Assembly: GCF_009914755.1 (NCBI RefSeq)
Contig: NC_060925.1
Length of the DNA: 64,000 bases
Reading direction: 5' to 3' (one strand)
From: the human T2T-CHM13v2.0 reference genome, Homo sapiens
Shown: one piece after another, positions 29,791 to 42,667 of the stretch
How the letters are laid out: each line of letters begins with the position of its first letter
Numbering within the stretch: the first letter of the stretch is position 1
Notes under the pieces: generated by a model
Told to the model about the DNA's origin: nothing
Database searches by the model: none
The model's input: only the letters and a program-made list of their open reading frames with translations
Made by a program: the position numbers and the translations under genes

Positions 29791-30429
29791 TGATATTACT
29801 GGTAATTACTAGTACTGTTATCACTGTGAGCTGCCCAGGATATGACAGATAAGAGTTTCAGCGAAAACTTTAAGGGAACATTTTTTTTGGTGAGGTGGTG
29901 AGGGGATAGAGTGGGGTTATGCAGATAATGATTATAATTTTTCTCTGTTCACCTTTGGTAAGTACAGGTGCCACAAAGCCAAGGAAACTTCAATAGACTC
30001 CTAGTTTACTTCAGTGACAGCCTGGAAGCATTACTTTTTGTACATCTGTCTCCAATTTCTAAGTTTCACGTTCAAAACCATCGGTAGTACTGTAACTTAT
30101 CAGATTATATTGTCTATTTCTTCTAGACTTAAAGCACATCTTATCTACTTCTAGTCTTCTTTTCCTCTCATCTCTTTGTACTGTCAGTGCTCACCTTTGC
30201 TATTTCCTTTCTTATCTTTTCACTCACTGAGCCAGCATTCTGGTAATATATACTATCTAGAAGTCAGAAAACTTGACTGCCATGGAGCGGAATGAGAAAC
30301 TTTTTTTTACCTGAAACCAGCAAGCCACAGTGTCCCTGATACCAGAAAGATCTTTAGTCCTTAATAACCCTTCTTCTTCTAACAACTTTCCTTTGCTCAA
30401 TCATAAAAAAACTGTTGTTAAGAAGATTG

Positions 30430-31180
30430 ATTGTTCCTAACTTCTTGCTTTGAGCCCTCACCAGCAGGTCCCCAAAGTCGAGATTTCTACTAAAAATATA
30501 TTCAAGACAATTTAGGCTTTCTTTAAACATGCTCCTCAAAACTCATTTGACCTATATCCACTGCCCAGTTCCAAAGCTGCTCCCGTATTTCTAAGTATTT
30601 GTTATGGTACCAAAATCTGTATTAGTTAGATACCTTAAAAAATTACCTTCAAACTTAGAACCTTTTAACAACAAACATTTATCATCTCAAATTTTGTGGG
30701 CCAGAAAACTGGGTGTAAGTTATCTAGATGCTTCCACCTCAAGGTCTCTTGCAAGCCTGTCATCAAATTTCTGGCTGTGACTGCAATCTCATCAAAATGC
30801 CCAACTGAGGTAAGTTCCATTTCCAAGCTCATTGTCACTCAAATGGTTGTAACAGGATTCAGTTCCTCATGGGCTGTTTGACAGAGAGTCTTGGTTCTTC
30901 ACTGGCTGTTGTTTGGAGGCTGTTGTTTGATTGTGGGTCTTTTCATAGGCTAGTTCATGAAAAAGCAGCTGCCTTCAATCAGAATGAACCAAAGAGTGCA
31001 AGTGTTTGGGATGGAAGCCACATCCTCTTTAACATAATCTCGGAAGTGACATACCATTGTTTTTGCTGTATTCTAGATTAGAAGTGAGTTACAAGGTCCA
31101 TCTCATACCCAATTCACCAAGGATAGGGGATTACTAGGATGTGGGGATCACTGGGGGTCATTTTGGAGGCTGCCTACTAC
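30430..31180 (-). mobile_element. MaLR LTR (MLT1F-like, 30618-31180) with adjoining internal sequence
   Basis: cccagttccaaagctgct...ggtaccaaaatc|tgtattag is the internal/LTR junction. The LTR ends gggatcactgggggtcattttggaggctgcctactaca. Confidence 0.75.
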
Positions 31181-31520
31181 AGGCAACTGTCTTATGCTAT
31201 GAGCAGGCAGGGAGAAGAAACAAGATGTACACAGAAAAGCAGAGATAAGGACCAGAATCTGCCTTGGCTCCTGTCACCTTTCAAGTTCATAATTACAGCC
31301 CTCAGGAGAACCAACTGCACTGTTTGCTGTAGGCTTCCATGTTATGTTCCTGTAATCTATGCAATAAATTCTCATTTTATCTTCCTTAAGAGAGCTTAAG
31401 AGATTTATTTTACATGCCACGAGATGGCCTTGACTGAGACGGGATTGCACTTTGTTAGCACAGGTCTAGGCTCATATTTGATGCTGCAATCTTACTTGCT
31501 GAATAAATTATTGATTTTTT

Positions 31521-31816
31521 CTTTCTTTTGCAACAGGGTCTTGCTTTGTCATCCAGGCTGGAGTGCAGTGGCATGATCTCAGCTCACTGCTGCTGAGTTG
31601 TTAAGGCACCCTGGGCCCAAGTGATCCTTTCACCTCATCCCCACAGGTAGCTGGGACTACAGGCATGTGCCACCATGCCTGGCTAATTTTTGTATTTTTT
31701 GTAGAAATGGGATTTTGCATGTTGACCAGGCTAGTCTCAGACTCCTGAGTTCAAGCAATCCTCCTGCTTTGTCCTCCCAAAGTGCTGGGATTATGGGCAT
31801 TAGCCCCCATGCCTAG
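31521..31816 (-). mobile_element. AluJ-like
   Basis: Dimer. 18-bp TSD ataaattattgatttttt at 31503-31520 and 31817-31834. Confidence 0.95.
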
Positions 31817-31864
31817 ATAAATTATTGATTTTTTTTCTACCATGTTCCCTGTGGGACTATGGTG

Positions 31865-32551
31865 TCATCTTAAACATAAACAAACACCAGCAAGAATACC
31901 TCCTATTTCAGTATTTGGCATTAACCCTAATTTCCAAGGGAGAGGATTTCTCACAGGCTGAGGGGTTAGGCCAGGGCCTGGTGGTGTGAGTTGTTTATTG
32001 TATTTGGTTTTATTCACTTTTACAATATTTGTGTGAGGAGTAGACTCACTACCATAGGCCCTCACATTCCATGGGAGATGCTGACTCAATAACTGGGGAA
32101 GGTAATTGGAAGTTGCCCACAATGCATTCCTTGCTCCAAATAGTCTGAGGCAGGGACCTTTATCATTAGTCTCAGCTTGGTCCAATGTGTTTTGGAGTTT
32201 TATTTCTTTAGTTTTTCACCACTGTCCCAATGCAAACTGCCTAGCTCTGTGGTAATGTGGACTAACTGTGCAGTATTCAAAATTCCATGTTTTGGCAAAA
32301 TGTGGAAATTCCTTTGAGGACAACTGTGGCTCATTGTCAGAGATAATCCTTTCAGGAATTCCATGTCTGGCAAATGTGGCCTTCAATTTGTGGACTCTTG
32401 TGGTAAATTGGTATTGTTCAGGCTTTCCAATCCTGAGATTTTTATTGTAGTTATCCTCTCTAATGATATAGTTTCTGTTACTTTTTCTTCCAGATAAACA
32501 TATTGGTGCCAATGTCTGCTGTGGTCTGGTTGTGGAGGCTTGGGATATCAT
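31865..32551 (-). pseudogene. Ty3/Gypsy-type LTR retrotransposon integrase core remnant
   Basis: KLKATFARHGIPERIISDNEPQLSSKEFPHFAKTWNFEYCTVSPHY matches the Gypsy rve pattern LKxIFARHGIPxxxxSDNGPQFxSxEFxxFxxxWxFxHxTSSPxY. The upstream (TRPQQ...RNYIIREDNYNK) and downstream (DKGPCLRLFGARNA...PQLL...KTKYNK) segments are colinear with that family. Confidence 0.85.
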
Positions 32552-33129
32552 TGTTTTAAAAAATATATATATTATACACCTTTCAAATGAGATTGAGCAT
32601 TCACTGATGAGTAAGCCTATTTACTAATGAAACTACTGAACTCAAAGAGTAGGCTGTGGTTGGCATTTTTTATGCTTACTGGGACCACGACAGAGTTTGA
32701 ACACTGCAAGAGACGGTGGAGATTATCCAGTTCACAACCCTCGGCTCAAAGTCAGCCTTAACTGATCCAGGGCTTGAACACAGGGTTTGTGATTTCTTTC
32801 TCTACCACACTATTTTTAACTTGAGGTAGTCTCTTGTTGTCAAATATGCTTTATATAGCCAAGAGAAATGGAACTTAACTTCAACTAACATTTCAAGTGA
32901 TTATCTCTTATTTCTATTAGTATTCTACTTCCTCAAAACTCCTAAAGATAGTAAACTCACATTTACCTAGAAGTCAGATGTAACTTAATGTTTTCAGGTT
33001 TTTCAGACTGGCCAGTCTTTACATTTCTGTAACAATTAAATGACAATAATTAGATCTTCCAAGTTTTGTGACTGTAGGAAGTCCAGTTCTCTAAGTATCA
33101 CTGAGCATGCTTAGTTTGCAACAGGAATG

Positions 33130-33716
33130 ATAGAATATCACATGCTACTTATTTGCTATATGCCACAATACACACACAACAGTATCAGAATAATAACACC
33201 AGCCCTTCTACAAACACTATAATTTGGATACTATTTTTGAAGTTCCTTTGATCTTCCTCTCTGTGTGGTTACATGACAAGGTGGATACACATGTAGCTTT
33301 TTAAATTTTATTTTAAGTTTTTTGAAGATGATTTCTTAAATTTAATTTTTTACAACCATGTATGTGGTTCTAAAGTTAAATCTATATAAAGACCTGTTCA
33401 GAGAAATACTGAATATCCTAGTCTCCTCCACAATATTCTTTACCTACAGGTAATTAATTTTTAATATTATGATTTATTCTTCCATTTTCTGTTTGTTACA
33501 TAAATAGTCTTTTACCATGTAGTATTTAAACAAATCTCTTTTTATAGTGTATATAAACTTGGTATTTAGAAAAATTCACATTTCATTATAATTGTCTGTG
33601 AATACATGCATTTTAATTTTTCCTCTTAAATTTGAATATGTTTTATTTCTTTATCTTGTCTAATTGTAGTGGCCAGCACTTCCAGTACAGTGTTAAATAG
33701 AAGTGGCGAGAATGGA
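33130..33716 (-). mobile_element. Ancient L1ME-type fragments
   Basis: Ends in the degenerate ORF2 motif tggccagcacttccagtacagtgttaaatagaagtggcgaga. Confidence 0.55.
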
Positions 33717-34103
<387 letters not shown>

Positions 34104-34837
34104 TCATAAATAGCTCTTATTATTTTGAGATATGTTCCATCAATACCTAGTTTATTGAGAGTTTTTAACACGAAGGGATGTTGAATTTTATCAAAGGCCT
34201 TTTCTACATCTATTGAGATAATCATGTGACTTTTGTCTTTGGTTCTGTTTATGTGATGGATTACATTTATTAATTTGCATATGTTGAACCAGCCTTGCAT
34301 CTCAGGGATGATGCCAACTTGATCATGGTGGATAAGCTTTTTGATGTGCTGCTGGATTCGGTTTGCCAATATTTTATTGAGGATGTTCACATCAATGTTC
34401 ATCAGGGATATTGGCCTGAAAGTTTCTTTTTTGTTGTTGTGCCTCTGCCAGCTTTTGGTATCAAGATGATGCTGGCTTCATAAAATGAGTTAGGGAGGAG
34501 CCCCTCCTTTTCAATTGTTTAGAATAGATTCAGAAGGAATGGTACCAGCTCCTCTTTGTACCTCTGGCTGTGAATCCGTCTGGTCCTCGCCTTTTCTTGG
34601 TTGGTAGGCTATTAATTACTGCCTCAATTTCAGAATTCGTTATTGGTCTATTCAGGGACTCAACTTCCTGGTTTAGTCTTGGGAGAGTGTATGTGTCCTG
34701 GAATTTATCCATTTCTTCTAGATTTTCTAGTTTATTTGTGTAGGGGTGTTTATAGTATTCTGTGATGTAGTTTGTATTTCTGCAGTGTCAGTGGTGAGAT
34801 CTCCTTTATCATTTTTTATTGTGTCTATTTGATTCTT

Positions 34838-35778
34838 TTTTTTAATTTCTTTTTTTTAACTTGTATTTTAAGTTCAGGGGTACAAGTGCAGGTTTGTTCC
34901 ATAGGTAAACTTGTGTCATGGGGGTTGTTATATTTCTTAATCTGGGTACTGAATACACAGGTTTGAAAATTAGTAGATGCTATCCATTTAGGTATTGCAG
35001 ACTCTTCTGAATAAATACTACATTGTAAACAATATCTTCTTTTTTTTTGAGTTCATCATTTAAAATTTTTTTTTTTAATTTTATTATTATTATACTTTAA
35101 GTTTTAGGGTACATGTGCACAACGTGCGGGTTTGTTACATATGTATACATGTGCCATGTTGGTGTGCTGCACCCATTAACTCGTCATTTAGCATTAGGTA
35201 TATCTCCTAATGCTACCCCTTCCCCCTCCCCTACCCCACAACAGTCCCCAGTGTGTGATGTTCCCCTTCCTGTGTCCATGTGTTCTCATTGTTCAATTCA
35301 CACCTATGAGTGAGAACATGCGGTGTTTGGTTTTTTGTCCTTGCGTTAGTTTGCTGAGAATGATGGTTTCCAGTTTCATCCATGTCCCTACAAAGGACAT
35401 GAACTCATCATTTTTTATGGCTGCATAGTATTCCATGGTGTATATGTGCCACATTTTCTTAATCCAGTCTATCGTTGTTGGACATTTAGGTTGGTTCCAA
35501 GTCTTTGCTACTTGAATAGTGCCACTATAAACATACGTGTGCATGTGTCTTTATAGCAGCATGATTTATAATCCTTTGGGTATATACCCAGTAATGGGAT
35601 GGCTGGGTCAAATGGTATTTCTAGTTCTAGATCCCTGAGGAATCACCACACTGACTTCCACAATGGTTGAACTAGTTTACAGTCCCAACAACAGTGTAAA
35701 AGTGTTCCAATTTCTCCACATCCTCTCCAGCACCTGTTGTTTCCTGACTTTTTAATGATCGCCATTCTAACTGGTGTG
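34838..35778 (-). mobile_element. 5'-truncated young L1PA (L1PA3/4-like, about 35065-35778) with 3' transduced flank (34838 to about 35064)
   Basis: TSD tatttgattctt at 34826-34837 and 35779-35790 brackets the L1 3' end, the non-L1 spacer and a second older L1 3' tip with poly(A). Confidence 0.85.
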
Positions 35779-37674
35779 TATTTGATTCTTCTTTCTTTTC
35801 TTCCTTATTAGTCTAACTAGCAGTATATCTATTTTGTTAATTTTTTCAAAACACCAGCTCCTGGATTCATTGATTTTTTTTTTGGAGGGCTTTTTTTGTA
35901 TGTGTGTTCCCATCTCCTTCAATTCTGCTCTGATCTTAGTTATTTCTTGTCTTCTGCTAGCTTTTGTGCTAGTTTGCTCTTGCCTCTTTAGGTCATTTAA
36001 TTGTGATGTTGGCGTCTTGATTTGAGATCTTTCTAGCTTTCTGATGTGGACATTTAGTGCTATAAATTTCCTTCTTAACACCGCTTTAGCTGTGTCCCAG
36101 AGCTTCTGGTACGTTGTCTCTTTGTTCTCATTGGTTTCAAAGAACGTCTTGATTTCTGCTCTAATTTCATTGTTTACCCAGGGGTCATTCAGGAGTAGGT
36201 TGTTCAATTTCCATGGAATTGTGTGGTCTTGAGTGAGTTTCTTAATCCTGAGTTCTAATTTGATTGCACCATGATCTGAGAAACTGTTTGTTGTGATTTC
36301 ATTTCTTTTGCATTTGCTGAGAAGTGTTTTAGTTCCATTTATGTGGTTGATTTTAGAATAAGTGCCATGTGGCACAGAGAAGAGTGTATATTCTGTTGAT
36401 TTGGGGTGGAGAGTTCTGTAGATGTCTATTAGGTCTGCTTGGTGCAGAGCAGAGTTCAAGTCCTAAATATCCTCATTAATTGTCTGTCTCATTGATCTGT
36501 CTAATATTGACATCAGGGTGTTAAAGTCTCCAACTATTATTGTCTGGGAGTCTAAGTCTCTTTGTAGGTATCTAATAGCTTGTTTTATGAATTTGAGTGC
36601 TCCTGTATTGGGTGCATATATATTTATGATAGCTCTTCTTGTTGAATTGTTCCCTTTACCATTATATAACAACCTTGTTTGTCTTTTTTGATCTTTGTTG
36701 GTTTAAAGTCTGTTTTATCACAGACTAGGATTGAAACCCCTGCTTCTTTTTGCTTTCCATTGCTTGGTAAATTTTCCTCCATCCCTTTATTTTGAGCCTA
36801 TGTGTGTCTTTGCACATGAGATGGGTCTCCTGAATACAGCACACCAATGGGTCTTGACTCTTTATCCAGTTTGCCAGTCTGTGTCTTTTAATTGGGGCAC
36901 TTAGCCCATTTACATTTAAGGTTAATATTATTATGTGCGAATTTGATCCTGTCCTCATGATGATATCTGGTTATTTTGCACACTAGTTGGTGCAGTTTCT
37001 TCATAGTGTCATTGGTCTTTGCATTTTGATGTGTTTTTGCAGTGGCTGGTACCAACTTTTCCTTTCCATATTTAGTGCTTCCATCAAGAGCTCTTGCAAG
37101 GCAGGGCTGGTGGTGATGAAATCATCTGCTTGTCTGTAAAGGATTTTATTTCTCCTTTGCTTATGAGGCTGAGTTTGGCTGGATTTGAAATTCTGGGTTT
37201 AACATTCTTTTCTTTAAGAATGTTGAATATTGGCCCCCAATCTCATCTGGCTTGTAGGGTTTCTGTTAAGAGGTCCACTTTTAGTCTTATGGGCTTCCCT
37301 TTGTAGGTGACCTGGCCTTTCTCTCTGGCTGCCCTTAACATTTTTCCTTTATTTAGACTTTGGAGGATCTGATAATTACGTGTCTTGGGGTTGGTCTTTC
37401 TCATGTAGTATCTTAATGATGTTCTCTGTATTTACCAAATTTACATGTTGGCCTGTCTTGCTCGGTTGGGGAAGTGCACCTGGATAATATCCTGAAGTGT
37501 GTTTTCCAGCTTGTTTCCATTCTCCCCTTCTCCTTCAGGTACTCCAGTCAATCGTAGGTTTGCTACTTTTACATAGTCCCATATGGAGCCTTAGTTCATT
37601 TATTCATTCCTTTTCATTCTTTTTTCTCTAATCTTGTCTGCATGCCTTATTTCAGCAAGGTGGTCTTCAAGCTC

Positions 37675-37677
<3 letters not shown>

Positions 37678-37721
<44 letters not shown>

Positions 37722-38002
37722 AGACGGAGTCTCGCTCTGTTGGCTAGGCTGGAGCACAGTGGCATGATCTTGACTCACTGCAACCTTTGCCTCTTGGGTG
37801 CAAGTGACTCTACTGCCTCAGCCTCCCAAGTACCTGGCAGTACAGGCATGTGCCACCATGCCCAGCTAATTTTTGTATTTGTAGTAGAGACAGGGTTTTG
37901 CCATGTTGCCCAGGTTGGTCTCAAACTCCTGAGCTCAGGCAATCCACCTGCCTCAACCTCCCAAAATGCTAGGATTACAGGTGTGAGCCACTGCACCCAG
38001 CC
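37678..38002 (-). mobile_element. Alu (old S/J-like) with pure 43-nt poly(T)
   Basis: Dimer within L1 ORF1. T tract at 37678-37720. Confidence 0.95.
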
Positions 38003-39869
38003 CAAACACTGATATCTTTTCTACCACTTGGTCAATTCAGCTTTTGATATTTATGTATGCCTCACAAAGTTCTTGTGTTGTGTTTTTCAGCTCCATCAGG
38101 TCATTTATGTTTCTCTCTACACTGGTTATTCTAGTTAGCAGCTCCTCTAACCTTTTACAAAGGTTCTTAGCTTCTTTGCATTGGATTAGAACATGCTCCT
38201 TTAGCTCAGTGGAGTTTCTTATTACCTATCTTCTGAAGCCTACTTCTGTCAGTTCTTCCATCTTATCCTCCGTCCATCAGCACCCTTGCTGGAGAGGCAT
38301 TGCAATCATTGGAGGAAAAGAGGCACTCTGGCTTTTTGGGTTTTCAGCATTTTTTCATTTGATTCATTCTCATATTCATGAGTTTGTCTAGTTTCAATCT
38401 TTGAGGCTGCTGACCCCTGGATGGGGTTTTCGTGGGGACTTTTTTGTTTTTGTTGATGTTGTTGTTGTTGCTTTCTGTTTGTTTGTTTTTCTTTCAATGG
38501 TCAGGTCCCTCTTCTGTAGGGCTGCTGCAGTTTGCTGGGGGTTCACTTCAGGCCCTATTCATTTGGTTCACTCCCACACTTGGGGATGTCACTCAAAGAG
38601 CCTGGAGAACAGCAAAAATGGGTGCCTGCTCTTTCTTCTGGGATCTCTGACTTTGAGGGGCAGTAGGGTTGCTGACACCAGTAATTTCTGACCAGGACTG
38701 CTGAGACCAACCTGACACCAGTAGGATTGCTCCTGTATAGGGTGTCTGACAACCTATATAGGGGACAGGATCTGTTTAACAAAGCACTTTGACTGTCCTT
38801 AGTGGAGGGGGTGGGCTTCACTGGAGGGAAACCCACTCATCTAGGCTGCCTGGATTTCTTAGAACTGCTAGGAGGAAAAGGCTAAGCTTGCTGGTCTGAA
38901 GAGAATGCAGCCACCCCTCCCGCTAAGGGCTCAGGCCCAGGGAGGTCAGGGTTTTGTCCTTGAGCCTCTGGCTGGAGTTTTTGCAGTTCCCGCAGGGAGG
39001 CCCCACCCAGTGAGGAAGGATGGGTCAGGGTCAGGCCTGAAAAGGTGCTCTGGCCACAGTCTGCCACAGCTGGTATGTTGGGCTGTGGGGAACACCTCTT
39101 TGGACTAAGCCATACAGCCTCCCTGGCTCCAGCAGGGGAAAAGCACAGCTTGGAGCTACAGAGATAGCTGCCACCTTTCCCCCACTCACAGAACTTATCA
39201 TGTTAGGCAGTTATGAGTCCCAGTGCTGGATGCAGCCCCTTTTCCAAGGAGTTCAAATGGCTTAGACAGCAGGCAGCCACAGCTGTGGTGCTGGTCACCC
39301 CTCCCCTTGGGAACTTGGCAGTCTAAAGCAGATTCTAGTTGAGAGGCTGTTGAGAATGTTTGAGGCTCTGGGGTTCGGACCTTAGGCCCTGGTGGTGTGG
39401 GTTCACAAGTGGGATCTTCCATACCACACTGCCCTTCCTTCCTCTCTGTGGATCATGCCAGCCACCTAGTCAATTCTGATGAGAGAACCTGGATAGCTTG
39501 GTTGCCAGTGCAGAATTCACTCGCTAATTATGATTCTTTTCAATAGGAGCCTCTGATCACTGCTACTTCTGGTAGGCCATCTTGGCCCCACCCCCCTTAT
39601 TACCTTAAAGGTTTTAAAGTATGGATTCAATTAAAAAAAAGTTGTGTGTCTTTATAATAATGTATTTTTTCTTGAGTGAGTTTGAATTTGTGTCTTTCAA
39701 GAAGTTAATTTCATTTAATATTTCAAATTTATTGGTGTATAGTTGCTCATAATTTTTATCTTTTTAATTTCTATAGATTCTGTAGTGATATCACCTCTCA
39801 TATCTCTGATATTAACAATTTTTCCTTCCTTTTTTTTCTTGTGAGTCTGGCTAGGAGTTACCAATTTTA

Positions 39870-40069
39870 TTTTTTTTTCTGTCTTTTATATATATATATA
39901 TATATTTTATTATACTTTAAGTTCTAGGGTACATGTGCACAACGTGCAGGTTTGTTACATATGTATACATGTGCCATGTTGGTGTGCTACACCCATTAAC
40001 TTGTCATTTACATTAGGTATATCTCCTATTGCTATCCCTCCCCCCTCCCCCCACCCCACAACAGGCCCC
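39870..40069 (-). mobile_element. Short L1PA (L1PA5-like) 3' end with (TA)n in tail
   Basis: tatactttaagttctagggtacatgtgcacaacgtgcagg...ccccacaacaggcccc. No clear TSD. Confidence 0.9.
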
Positions 40070-40403
40070 TAAGAAACTACTTTCCATTTAATTTATTTTC
40101 TCCATTGCCTTTCTCCTATATATGTCATTGGTTTTCATTCTAATCTTTATTATTCATTTTCTTTTGCATATGATGTCTTTAGTTTGCTCTCCTTCTTTCA
40201 GTTTGACAAATTAAGGTGGAAACTGAGGTCATTTATTTGAAATGTTTATTTTCTAACAAAATCATTTATTATTACATATTTTCCTCTAACCTCCACTTAG
40301 CTGCATCTCACAAATTTTGAGATTTTTTTTTTTTATTGTCATGTAGTTTAAAATACTTTCTAGCTTCCCTTTTGATTTCTTCTTTGGCACAGTTTCTTTA
40401 GAG

Positions 40404-40904
40404 CAGAAATCCCCAACCTTTTTGATACCAAGGACTGGTTTCATGGAAGACAATTTTTCATGAACTGGGGAATGGTAAGTTTTAGGATGATTCAAGCACA
40501 TTTACTGTGCACTTTATTTATATTATTATTACATTGTAATATGTAATGAAATAATTATGTAACTCACCATAATGTAGAATCAGTGGGAGCCCTGACCTTG
40601 TTTTCCTGCAACTAGACAATCCCATCTGGGGGTAATGAGAGACAGCAATAGATCGTTAGGAATTAGATTCTTGTAAGGTGTGTGCAACTAAGATCCTTCA
40701 TATTGCACAGTTCACAATAGGGTTCGTGCTCTTATGATAATCTAATGCCACCACAGATCTGACAGGAGGTAGAACTCAGGTGGTAATGCTAGCAATGGGG
40801 AGCTGCTGTAAATACAGATGAAGCTTTTCTTGCTTACCTGCTGTTCAACTCTTGCTGTGTGTCCTGATTCCTAACAGGCCGTGGTACCAGGTTGGGAACT
40901 CCTG
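40404..40904. mobile_element. MER1A hAT-Charlie non-autonomous DNA transposon
   Basis: TIR-like ends cagaaatccccaacc and ggttgggaactcctg. Perfect 8-bp TSD ctttagag at 40396-40403 and 40905-40912. Confidence 0.92.
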
Positions 40905-41712
40905 CTTTAGAGAGGTTTTCTTACATAGTTTATGTGTTTTATTTTTAATTTGGTTCCATTGTGGCTTGAGAACATACTTTGTATGATTTAAATCCTTTAA
41001 AATTTATTGAGCCTACTCTAATAGCTCATAATATGATTTCTATAAATACATGTTCATGTAAACAACAGAATGTATATCTTATTGTTGACTAGACATTCTA
41101 AATGTCAATTAGGTCGTCTTGGTTTAAATGCAATTTAAGTGTCCTATATACTTTATTGTTTTCCTGTGATATCAACTATTAGGAGGTGGTGTTGAAATCT
41201 TCAGCTGTAATTACGGATTTGACTCTTTTTTTCTTGCAGTTCTATTGGTTTCACTACATTAATTTTGAAGTGCTGTTATTAGGCATATAATCTTTTAGTA
41301 TTGTTTTCTCCCCTGATGAATTGATCTCTTTATCATTATGAAATGAAATACTTCATCCCTGGTAATATTCTTTGCTCTGAAATCAACTTTGTCTGATATT
41401 GATGTAATTATCCCAGCTTACTTTTGATTAATATTAGCACATTATGTTCTTTTTTTCTCTCAGCCTTTAACTTTTAACCTATTGGTGTCTTTATATGTGA
41501 AATGAATTTCTCATAGGTAGCAAATATTTGGGTTATGTTTTTAAAATCCATTTTGATAATATTTCTCTTTACATTGGGATATTTATACAATTTACAATTA
41601 TTGTGATAATTGAGGTGGTTGGGTTTAAACTACTATCTTGCTATGTATTTTCTATTTGTCTAATCTGGTTTTTATTCACTTTTCACTATCATTTTTTAGG
41701 TTCATTATAATG

Positions 41713-41780
41713 ACATAGTTATTTTTTTATTTTATGGATAAAAACCAACAAAGGTCCATAAAATAAAACAATGACTATGT
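41713..41780. repeat. Inverted repeat, 26-bp arms (24/26 complementary), 16-nt loop
   Basis: acatagttatttttttattttatgga pairs with tccataaaataaaacaatgactatgt. Confidence 0.85.
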
Positions 41781-42244
41781 TTAACAATTGGCTTTCTTTT
41801 CCTTTCTTTCCTTTTCCTTCTTTTCTTCTTCCTTCTTTATTTGAGATTGATTTAGTTTATAGTACATATCTTTAAATTGTAATTGTTATTTTCAAGTGAT
41901 TGTATACCACATTATATAAGAACCTTACAACGGTATATTTCCATTTCTCTCTTCCTAAGTATTTTGCTATTGTTTTCACATATTTTATTTCTACATATGT
42001 TATAAACCCCATGATGCATTGCTATTTATTTTTTATTTAAATATTCAGTGATTTTTAAGGAAATTTAAGCAAGGAGAATGGTAGCCTTTTATATTTACCT
42101 GCATAGTTACCATATTTACCATAGTGCTCTTAATTCTTTTATGGATCTACATTTCCATTTGATACAATTTCCGTTATACCTGAAGGACCACTTTCGTTAA
42201 CATTTCTTGAAGTGTGCTCTGCTGGTGATGAGTTTTTTCAACAT

Positions 42245-42667
42245 ATTTATTTATTTATTTATTTATTATTATTAAAAAAAAATAAGTCCAATGTTTAGAT
42301 TTAAGGGGTATTTGTGTAGGTTTGTTTCATGGGTATATTGTATGATGCTGATGTTTGGGGTATGATTGATCCCATCATCTAGGTAGTGAGTATAGTACTT
42401 AATAATTAGGTTTTCAACCCTTGCCTCCTTCCCTTCCTCACCTCTCTAGTAATCCTTAGTGTCTATTGTTGCCATCTTTATGTCCATGTATACCCAATGT
42501 TTAGCTCCCACTTATAAGTGAAAAATGTGGTATTTCATTTTCTGTTCCTGCATTAATTCACTTAGGATGATGTGACCTGCAACTGCATCCATGTTGCTGC
42601 AAACAACATTATTTCCTTTTTTATGACAGTGTAGTATTCCATTGTGTATAGGTACCAAATTTTCTTT
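42245..42667 (-). mobile_element. L1PA16/L1PB-like 3' end (target of the SVA)
   Basis: ggggtatttgtgtaggtttgtttcatgggtatattgtatgatgctga...tttagctcccacttataagtga. Confidence 0.85.

Larger units (their letters stand above)
39600..42245 (-). mobile_element. Ancient L1M ORF2/ORF1-region remnants
   Basis: Degenerate EN-region motifs (ttccattgtggcttgagaacatactttgtatgattt; gtgttgaaatcttcagct; ctttgtctgatatt). Confidence 0.75.
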
